Assembly (NCBI GenBank): GCA_963732595.1
Contig: CAVSZZ010000001.1
Location: 287,007-351,006 of the forward strand
Reading direction: 5' to 3'
Origin: an uncultured Chloroflexia bacterium
Lineage (GTDB): Bacteria; Chloroflexota; Anaerolineae; Anaerolineales; Anaerolineaceae
DNA: 64,000 nt
The first letter of the stretch is position 1; the number at the start of each line of letters is the position of its first letter. Shown here piece by piece: positions 26,280-34,460 of the stretch. The notes beneath the pieces were generated by a model. The model did no database searches. It had not been told where the DNA came from and worked only from the letters and a program-made list of their open reading frames with translations. Made by a program: the position numbers and the translations under genes.

Positions 26280-28146
26280 ATGGTTGCTTTAACCTCGCCC
26301 ACTGAATTGGATAGTCTGCGTTCGAAACTGTCTGAAATTTACACACCGGATTTGCCTTGCATCACCGTCTGTGGTGGGACAGGCTGCCGGGTCTATGGAA
26401 GCGAAAAAGTCTGGGAGGCATTTCGCCAGGAGCTGGCCACCCGTAAAGTGGCCGCCGGGCTGACCATGGACGTGAAAGTCACCGGTTGTCATGGTTTCTG
26501 TGAAAAAGGGCCCCTGGTTGTCATCAGACCACAGGGGATTTTTTATTCGCACGTCAAGGTCGAAGATGTTCCTGAGATCATCACCGAAACCATCCTGGGC
26601 GGTAAATTAGTCGAGCGATTGCTTTACGTTGACCCCCAGAGTGGAGACAAAGTCGCACACGAGAAGGAGATCCCTTTTTACAAGAACCAGTACCGGCTCA
26701 TCCTGAACCTCAATGGCGATCTTGATCCCCTGCAGATCGATGAGTATATTGCGCGCGACGGATACAGTTCCCTGGCAAGGGCCCTGGTAAAAATGAGCCC
26801 GGATGAAGTGATCGCCACCATAAAAGCTTCCGGGCTGCGCGGGCGTGGCGGGGCAGGCTTTCCGACCGGGATAAAATGGGAGCTTTGCCGGAATAACGTT
26901 AAGAAGATTGGCACAGGCTTCATCATATGCAACGCAGACGAGGGAGACCCGGGTGCCTATATGGATCGCTCGATCATGGAGGGCAACCCGCACCGCGTAA
27001 TCGAAGGCATGTTGATCGGTGCTTATGCCATGGGGGTTCATCAGGGATACGTGTATATCCGGAATGAGTATCCTCTGGCCGTGAAGCATCTGAGACAGGC
27101 CATCTCACAGGCTCGCGAATATAACCTGCTGGGAAAGGACATCCTGGGGACAGGTTTCGAATTCGATCTGCATGTCAAACTGGGCAGCGGCGCCTTCGTG
27201 TGTGGTGAAGAAACAGCCCTGATTGCATCCATCGAGGGGCGGGTCGGAGAGCCACGCCCGCGTCCTCCCTACCCGGCAGAATCCGGCCTGTGGGGAAAAC
27301 CAACCAACATCAATAATGTAAAAAGCTGGTCATCCATTCCGATCATCATCGATCACGGGGCAGACTGGTATGCCGGGATCGGTACAGAAAACAGCAAGGG
27401 TACGATGATCTTTTCCATCGTGGGAAAAATCAATAATACCGGCCTGGTTGAAGTACCCATGGGCATCACCCTGAGAAAGCTGATCTTCGATATCGGCGGC
27501 GGCATTCCGAATGGGAAGCACATTAAAGCCGCCCAGCTTGGTGGTCCATCAGGAGGTTGTTTGCCAGCTGAGCACCTGGATGTGCCGATCGACTACGCAT
27601 CCCTGACCGAGTTGGGAGCCATCATGGGCTCCGGCGGGCTTGTCATTGCAGATGAAGATACCTGCATGGTGGATTTTGCCCGCTATTTCATGCATTTCAC
27701 CCAGGAAGAATCCTGTGGGAAATGCGTCCCCTGTCGCATTGGGACGAAAGCCATGCTGTCCACGCTCGAACGGATTTGCTGCCGGCGAAGGCCACCCGGG
27801 AGATATCGATTATCTGCTCGAGCTGGCCGAGACCATTAAAAGCAGCTCGCTCTGTGCCCTGGGGCAGACAGCTCCCAACCCGGTTTTAACTACCCTGCGC
27901 TATTTCCGGGATGAATATGAAGCTCATATCAATGAAAAACGCTGTCCCGCCAAAGTATGTAAAGGTTTGATCACCTATACGATCCAAGCGGAAAAATGCA
28001 CCGGCTGCATGGTCTGCCTGCGCAACTGCACCAGCGGCGCGATCAGCGGCGAGAAACAGAAGGCCCACACTATCGACCCTGACCTTTGTTCACGTTGCGG
28101 TGTGTGCATCAACCTGTGTAAATTCGAGGCGATCAGTGTTCAATAA
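26280..28146 (+). pseudogene. NuoF/HydB-like NAD(H)-binding FMN/FeS subunit with extra N-terminal [2Fe-2S] and C-terminal 2x[4Fe-4S] domains, one frameshift
   Basis: ORFs 26280-27839 and 27640-28146 tile one protein: [43 protein letters not shown], then (other frame) [24 protein letters not shown] and CTGCMVC...CSRCGVC. The frame switch is near 27774-27785. Confidence 0.8.
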
Positions 28147-28158
28147 TGGAGGTGTGAC

Positions 28159-28854
28159 TTGATCCACCTGACGATCGATGACAGGCAAATTGAAACTGCC
28201 GAAGACAGGAGCCTGCTGGAGGCCTGTCGTGAGAATGGCATTTACATACCCACGCTCTGTTATCACCCGGCGCTAGAGCCCTATGGCGCCTGCCGCCTGT
28301 GTGTGGTTGAGCTGACGGTTCCCAATCGGAAGCCGCGGCTGGTGGCATCCTGCGTTTACCCGTGTGAAGAGGGGGCGGTGGTTAAGACGAACACCGAACT
28401 CGTTCAGCGCAGCCGCCGTGTCACAGCTGAATTGATACTGGCCGGCTCATACGATACCGCTGAAGCTCTGGCGATTGGAAAAGAGTTGGGAGTCACGGAA
28501 ATACGTTACAAGCTGCCGGAAGAAAATGCCTGTGTCTTGTGCGGTTTGTGTGTTCGAGCCTGTCATGAGATCGTGGGCGTGAGTGCCATCAGCGTCATAC
28601 AACGCGGTATCTCCAAAAAAGTGGCCACCCCATTCCAGGTAAAATCCTCGCGCTGTATTGGGTGTGGAACCTGTGTCCTGGTCTGCCCAACCGGCGCCTT
28701 TAAGTTCGACTCTGTGACCGGGTTTCAATATGTTTCGCCTTCCCAGTCCTCCTACCGGCTCGGATACTACCGGATGGGGGGAGAACTGGACCTGCATCCA
28801 ACTTTCGAGCAAGATATCCCTTCCCTGTTGGCCAACCCAAAGGAGGCTGAATAA
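28159..28854 (+). CDS. NuoG/HydA N-terminal-like ferredoxin: [2Fe-2S] plus 2x[4Fe-4S], no catalytic domain
   Basis: TTG start 6 nt after GGAGG. CYHPALEPYGACRLCVVE..ASC (plant-type 2Fe-2S pattern), CVLCGLCVRAC and CIGCGTCVLVCP clusters. 231 aa, ending before any hydrogenase or molybdopterin domain. Confidence 0.75.
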   Translation: MIHLTIDDRQIETAEDRSLLEACRENGIYIPTLCYHPALEPYGACRLCVVELTVPNRKPRLVASCVYPCEEGAVVKTNTELVQRSRRVTAELILAGSYDTAEALAIGKELGVTEIRYKLPEENACVLCGLCVRACHEIVGVSAISVIQRGISKKVATPFQVKSSRCIGCGTCVLVCPTGAFKFDSVTGFQYVSPSQSSYRLGYYRMGGELDLHPTFEQDIPSLLANPKEAE

Positions 28855-28857
28855 TCC

Positions 28858-30938
28858 ATGGGTGAGATCAGCATGCAGGAAAAGAACCGGATCGGGGTTT
28901 TCATCTGTGAGTGTGGGGGCCGTATCGAGGGGAAGATCGATACCAGCGAACTGCAAAGGCAACTCAATCAGCTGGATGGCGTGGCATATATCTGCACACG
29001 AAGCATATCCCTGCAGTAAAGACGGGCAGGCGCGGATGCAAAAAGCCGTCGCTGACCATTCATTGGATCGCATCCTCCTGGCTGGCTGTACGCCCCGCCT
29101 GATCGAAAAGCTGTTCCAACGAACCGTCAGATCAGCTGGAGTCGATCCAGACCTCCTGCAAATCGTGGATATCCGCGAGCAAGTTGCCTACGTTCACAGC
29201 GATCCCGAAATTGCCTTGCAGAAGGCAACCAACCTGATCGAGATGGGTGTGGCGCGCCTGATGGCTTCATCCGGATCACAAGCTCACCAAAGTCCGATCA
29301 TTCAAAAAACACTTGTGATCGGCAGCGGTCTCGGTTCACTGACGGCCGCCCTGGTTCTGGCTGAACAGGGGGTCCAGCTCCTGATCGTTGAAGAAACGGG
29401 AGCATTGGCCAGTGGATCTCACAGTTTGGATGGGAATACGAACCAGGCGATCATTGAAAAGTGTGAGCAAGTCCTCAATCATCCCATGATCGAGGTCTTT
29501 TTCAATTCCAGGATACTTGAGGTCACAGGTCACCCTGGAGAATACAAGGTGACGATTCAACACGGTGATGGGGTAACTCAATTCGAGACCGGTTCGATCA
29601 TTGTCAACAATGGCACACAAATTAAAACCCCCGGCTCAGGCCGCTGGTATGACCGTTTGAGAGTTAAATCGCAGTTTGAGTTTGAAGCAGAACTCAAACT
29701 GGCAGCTGATACCGGGCAGAAACTTGCCGTGAAGGATGTCGTCATGATCTTCTGTGCGGATGAAGCTCAGATCGAGCATTGCTCGCGTGTTTGCTGCAAC
29801 GCCGGTATCCGCCAGGCACTCAGGGTGAAGGAACTAAATCCGCGATGCCAATGTCACCATCCTGTTCCGTGAAATCTATCTGGGCGGTATCGGTGAGGAT
29901 TACGAAGCCGAGTTGGTGCGCGCCCGCAGCCTGGGTGTGACATTCTTCCGTTACCGGCGTGAAGCGCCACCATCGATTGGGGAGACGATCGATGTGATCG
30001 ACACCCTGACCGGTGAACCTGTCAAATTAACCTGTGATCGGGTTGTATTGAGCATGCCGGTCATCCCCCAGGAGAATTCCAAAACACTTTCTGCCCTGCT
30101 CGGGCTCCCGCTCGATGAATCCGGTTTTATGGCCGAACCCAGGGTTCGTCTGAAACCGGATCGCTTTCTCGAATCCGGTATTTTCGTGTTGGGCAGCGCA
30201 CAACAACCGGCCGATTCAGAGGAAGCACTCTTCCAGGCTTACCTGATCGCCGCACGGGCCCAACGCTTCCTTAAACAAAAAAACATCACCCTGGAAACGC
30301 CGGTAGCCGCTATCGATCCGAAGATCTGCACGGGTTGCGGGAATTGCCCACAGGTGTGTCCAACCAATGCCATCAGGCTGGAAAAACAGGAGGGCATCCT
30401 CTCACTTTCTGAAGTCGATGAATTGAATTGCATCGGGTGTGGAAATTGTGTTGTGGTCTGCCCGGTGAAAGCCATCAGCCTGCCCGGTTGGGATAACGTG
30501 GAAATCCCGGCTCAGATCAGTGCCGCCTTGAAACCGAAACAGAACGACTCGCTTAAAGTGGTCGCCCTGACCTGTGAGTGGAGTGCGTATGGTGCTGCCG
30601 ATATGGCCGGCGCCCGCCATCTGCCCTACCCTTCTGATGTAATTATCATGCGCATGAACTGCTCAGCCCGCTTTGATCCATATCATATCCTGTGGGCATT
30701 TCTCAATGGGGCAGATGGCGTTTTCCTGGGTGCCTGCCCGGTGGGCGATTGCCATTACGGGATTGGCAATCTCTATGCCCGGGAACGGGTTGACAAACTT
30801 CAGACTGAACTTAAAGCGCATGGGATCGATCCGCGCAGACTGCGGTTGGAGTACATCACGGTCGATGATGGGGAGAAATTCTCGCGGGACATCACCGATT
30901 TTGTCAAACAATTGAAAACGGATATCAAGAAAAAATGA
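28858..30938 (+). pseudogene. HdrA-like FAD/FeS oxidoreductase fused to a C-terminal MvhD domain, two frameshifts
   Basis: Three frames tile one protein: IGVFICECGGRI...PCSKDGQ...LLAGCTPR (HdrA N-terminal cluster), VIGSGLGSLTAALVLAEQG (FAD), CSRVCC, CTGCGNCPQVCP/CIGCGNCVVVCP, then an MvhD-like LTCEWSAYGAADMAG...ACPVGDCHY. Switches lie near 28990-29002 and 29838-29848. Confidence 0.75.
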
Positions 30939-30973
30939 ATCTTAAACATCGTTTTTCAGATTAGGAGGAAGAA

Positions 30974-32140
30974 ATGGCGACACGCCTGGAACCCGAAGTC
31001 TGGTCGCTCGACAATTGTGCAGCCTGTGGGATGTGTGTGGCAGCCTGCTCCAAACAGGTGCTGGCCTGGGAGGGAGGCGATCACCCGGTCTTGCAGGATC
31101 GCATAAAAACGGTGGGGTATACCAAAAGCCACCTTGACAGCTGCACTTTCTGTCAACATCTCTGCGAGGAGGTCTGCCCCCGCCTGGAACACTGGTTACC
31201 ATTTGAACCCAGATTGACCCTGGCAGCCAGTGCCCGGGCTCCCCTGAAATCCGGGGCACCCGGCGATGTCATCCGTGCGATCCTCACCACTGCCCGCAGT
31301 GCCGGCCTGATCGATGGTGTGGTCATGCTGGATATCGATCCGTGGGAATTAAAACCAACAGCGCGGGTTGCTTCCTCTGTGGAAGATATCGTCAGGGCGG
31401 TCGGACCCCAGTATCTATGGGCGCCGGTCTTCGATGCCTTGAATGAGGCTGTCTTCGTTCACCACATGGAAAATATTGCGGTGGTCGGAACGCCCTGCGC
31501 AGCCCAGGCCGTTCGAAAGCTCAAGCTGTCACAGAATCCACGCCTGAAACCTTATCAATCCGCCATCCGCTTGACGGTGAGCATGTTCTGCACGGGGATG
31601 TACAAACCGGAAATGATCACGAACCTGCTGACCAAGCGTTTGAATATCGCTCCGGAACAGGTGAAGCGATTGGAAGTCTCACCGGATCGGGAATCATTGC
31701 GCGTCGTCCTCTGGGATGGGAGCCAGCAGACGATCAAGCGGGAGCAAGCCGAGAGTTTTTCCAAACCAGGCTGTGGCAGCTGCGATGACTACCTGGGCGA
31801 ATCAGCTGACATCGCAGTCGGGACCCTGGGCGCGCCGGAGAATTACTCCACCCTGATCGCACGCACCCGGACCGGCGAGATCTTCCTCCGGAATGCCACC
31901 CAGATGAACCTGCTCGAGACCACCCACCAGGTGGATGAAGACCTGCTGGCTGCAGCGTCTGCCGAGAAGGACCGGCGGACACGCGCCCAGGCTTTTAAGG
32001 ACCTTCAAATACTGATGCTGGATGGACTGGCCGACCCCCTGAAACGCAATGATGCCATCCAACTCTTTACCAAACTGTACCGGACCCCATCCCGGACCGG
32101 CGAAACCAGTTCCATTCGCAGCGGCTGCACGGGATGCTAA
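30974..32140 (+). CDS. FrhB/FdhB/FpoF-family flavo-FeS protein (coenzyme F420 hydrogenase/dehydrogenase beta-like)
   Basis: AGGAGG RBS. N-terminal CAACGMCVAAC and CTFCQHLCEEVCP clusters, then VVGTPCAAQAVRKL, FCTGMY, CGSCDDYLGESADIAVG blocks typical of the FrhB family. Confidence 0.7.
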   Translation: MATRLEPEVWSLDNCAACGMCVAACSKQVLAWEGGDHPVLQDRIKTVGYTKSHLDSCTFCQHLCEEVCPRLEHWLPFEPRLTLAASARAPLKSGAPGDVIRAILTTARSAGLIDGVVMLDIDPWELKPTARVASSVEDIVRAVGPQYLWAPVFDALNEAVFVHHMENIAVVGTPCAAQAVRKLKLSQNPRLKPYQSAIRLTVSMFCTGMYKPEMITNLLTKRLNIAPEQVKRLEVSPDRESLRVVLWDGSQQTIKREQAESFSKPGCGSCDDYLGESADIAVGTLGAPENYSTLIARTRTGEIFLRNATQMNLLETTHQVDEDLLAAASAEKDRRTRAQAFKDLQILMLDGLADPLKRNDAIQLFTKLYRTPSRTGETSSIRSGCTGC

Positions 32141-32151
32141 GGAGTTGAATC

Positions 32152-32802
32152 ATGGATATCCTGGATGCTCAATCAAAAGACTTGAAGACGATCAATCATC
32201 AAATCAAAACGTCTTTGAACGGGACGCCGCTCAAGGTCAAGAACATCTCGAAACTGCATGGGGTGGCTGCCGGTCTGAAGCATGGTGAACTGCAGGTGGA
32301 AGGTAATGCCGGTGATTACCTCGGCGTTTTGAATGCCGGGGCGACCATCCGGGTCAGCAAGAATGCAGCCAAATACCTGGCGGATAACATGACCAGCGGC
32401 ACGGTCATCATTGAAGGCAATGCCGACTACGGCGCCGGGGCATACTGTTATGGCGGCACGATCGTCATTCGCGGCTCGGCAGGCGATTTCACGGGAACCA
32501 TGAATAAAGGAGCCACCATCATCGTGGCCGGTGATGTCGGTGACGAAGCCGGGACCTACATGCTCAAGGGTGACCTGGTGGTGGTCGGAAATGCCGGTCA
32601 CAACTTCGCCAATTACCTGATTCGCGGGAATGTCTACCTGGGCGGTGAATGCAAGAGCTACGGTCACAACACAAAACTGGAACCCCTGACCGAGCATGAT
32701 ATCGCTGCATTGCGCGGTTATTTTGAGGTTTACCAGATCAAATCCGATCCATCCACGTTTAAAAAGATCGTGGCGGCTTCAGAGAAGCCGTTCTACCACT
32801 AG
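32152..32802 (+). CDS. GXGXG-motif protein (glutamate synthase alpha-subunit C-terminal domain / FwdC-like)
   Basis: 216 aa of repeated beta-helix turns: VEGNAGDYLG, IEGNADYGAG, IRGSAGDFTG, VAGDVGDEAG, VVGNAGHNFA. This matches the stand-alone domain 3 of archaeal-type GOGAT. Confidence 0.8.
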   Translation: MDILDAQSKDLKTINHQIKTSLNGTPLKVKNISKLHGVAAGLKHGELQVEGNAGDYLGVLNAGATIRVSKNAAKYLADNMTSGTVIIEGNADYGAGAYCYGGTIVIRGSAGDFTGTMNKGATIIVAGDVGDEAGTYMLKGDLVVVGNAGHNFANYLIRGNVYLGGECKSYGHNTKLEPLTEHDIAALRGYFEVYQIKSDPSTFKKIVAASEKPFYH

Positions 32803-32811
32803 GAGGTCACG

Positions 32812-34425
32812 ATGGCTATCACGGGTGCATATTGTGTCAGTGTCAACAAGGAACTCTGTATTAACGCTCGGATGCCGGGGAAGTGTGCAACCTGCGCGGA
32901 GGTTTGTCCACACGGTGTTTATGCGCTGGATGCGCAGAGTGGAGAAATGAGCGTCATCAATTTCAATGCCTGCGTCGGATGCCGCATTTGCGCTGAATTC
33001 TGCCCGGCGGATGCCATTCGTATCAACCCGGCGGAACCGGAACAGTTCACACGCTATCCCTGGACGCTGGCGGCCATCGAAGAGATCCATTACAAAGCTC
33101 AAACCGGTGACTACCTGATGCGCGGATTTGGGACACAGGGACAGAATCCGAATTTCGATATGATCACGATCGTACCCAGCCAAATCTCCAGCGCCGCGCC
33201 ACGTGATAAATACCGCGAGGAATGCGACCTTGAGGTGGCGATCGGCGAAAATACCTGCGACAAACCCATCGTATTGAAAGCCCCGTTCGTCTGGGCAGCC
33301 ATGTCCTTTGGCGCGTTGAGCAAGGAAGCCAAAATGGCCCTGGCGATTGGTGCCGCCCTGACCGGCACGGCGACCAATACCGGAGAAGGCGGTTTGCTGC
33401 CCGAGGAACAATGGCTGGCCCGTGGATATAACGACCGCCAGATGGCCAATAAAAAAAATGATCCGGGTGGATATCTGATCATCCAGTGGTCCACCGGGCG
33501 CTGGGGGGTGTCTGCTGAGTATCTGAACAGTGGTGATGCCGTTGAAGTGAAAATTGGCCAGGGTGCCAAACCCGGCATGGGGGGCCACCTACTGGGTGCC
33601 AAGGTCACGGAGGATGTATCCCGCATTCGCGGCGTTCCGGTCGGGTCAGATGCCTTGAGCCCCTGTCGTTATTACGACGTCCAGACGCTGGATGATATGA
33701 AACACATGGTGGCTTTCTTGAGGGATGTTACGGATTACCAGTTCCCCATCCTGTTCAAATTGGGACCGTCCCGCCCCTATGCGGATGTGTCTGCCTGTAT
33801 TGAAGCCGGGGCAGATGCCATCAGCATCGACGGCATGGTTGGCGGCACGGGCTGTTCTCCGGATGTTGTGACACAGGGCGTGGGCATTCCAACCATCGCC
33901 TGCATCCCACCGGCAGTCCAGGCATTGAAAGATCACGGTGTTCACCGCAAGGTCAAGTTGATCGCCCTGGGCGGGATTCGCAATGGACTGGATGCATTCA
34001 AGGCCATGGCACTTGGCGCGGATGCTGCCGGGTTCGGATCGGCTGCAGAAATTGCGATGGGCTGCCGGGTTTGCTACGCCTGTCAGAAGGGCAACTGCCC
34101 GTACGGGATCACCAGTGCACGGCCGGAACTGCGCGCCCGCCTGGACCCCGTCGTGGTCGGGCAGCGCCTGGCAAACTTCATCCACGCCTGTGCTGAAGAA
34201 GTCAAGATCCTGACCATGCTGTCAGGTCACTCGAGCATCAAGGAACTATCACCTGAAGATCTCAGGGCAATGGATCTAAATACCGCTGCCATAACCGGCC
34301 TCAAGTTGTGCGGTTATGAACGCCCCTTGCCCATATGGGAGGAAGCGCTCAAGAAACCATCCGGGAACGGCCATAAACGAACAGCCAGCTCACCTGAAAA
34401 GTCTCTTCGCCAACCTGCTGGATGA
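32812..34425 (+). CDS. Glutamate synthase FMN-binding domain (GltB domain 2-like) with N-terminal 2x[4Fe-4S] ferredoxin
   Basis: CATCAEVCP and CVGCRICAEFCP; then NTGEGG, EVKIGQGAKPGMGGHLLG, GADAISIDGMVGGTG, LGGIRNG, and CRVCYACQKGNCPYGI. No Ntn-amidotransferase domain. Confidence 0.8.
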   Translation: MAITGAYCVSVNKELCINARMPGKCATCAEVCPHGVYALDAQSGEMSVINFNACVGCRICAEFCPADAIRINPAEPEQFTRYPWTLAAIEEIHYKAQTGDYLMRGFGTQGQNPNFDMITIVPSQISSAAPRDKYREECDLEVAIGENTCDKPIVLKAPFVWAAMSFGALSKEAKMALAIGAALTGTATNTGEGGLLPEEQWLARGYNDRQMANKKNDPGGYLIIQWSTGRWGVSAEYLNSGDAVEVKIGQGAKPGMGGHLLGAKVTEDVSRIRGVPVGSDALSPCRYYDVQTLDDMKHMVAFLRDVTDYQFPILFKLGPSRPYADVSACIEAGADAISIDGMVGGTGCSPDVVTQGVGIPTIACIPPAVQALKDHGVHRKVKLIALGGIRNGLDAFKAMALGADAAGFGSAAEIAMGCRVCYACQKGNCPYGITSARPELRARLDPVVVGQRLANFIHACAEEVKILTMLSGHSSIKELSPEDLRAMDLNTAAITGLKLCGYERPLPIWEEALKKPSGNGHKRTASSPEKSLRQPAG

Positions 34426-34460
34426 TTTCTCATTCTCATTGATGAGAAGAGGAGGTTGAG

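Noticed and set aside
20644-30938. Programmed ribosomal frameshifting or stop-codon recoding (selenocysteine) as an explanation for the interrupted SufS-, NuoF- and HdrA-like genes.
   Set aside because: The shift sites have heterogeneous contexts with no shared slippery heptamer or downstream structure. Similar interruptions occur in unrelated genes (LacI, GH3, PPTase). The interruptions are frame changes rather than in-frame TGA at conserved Cys positions.
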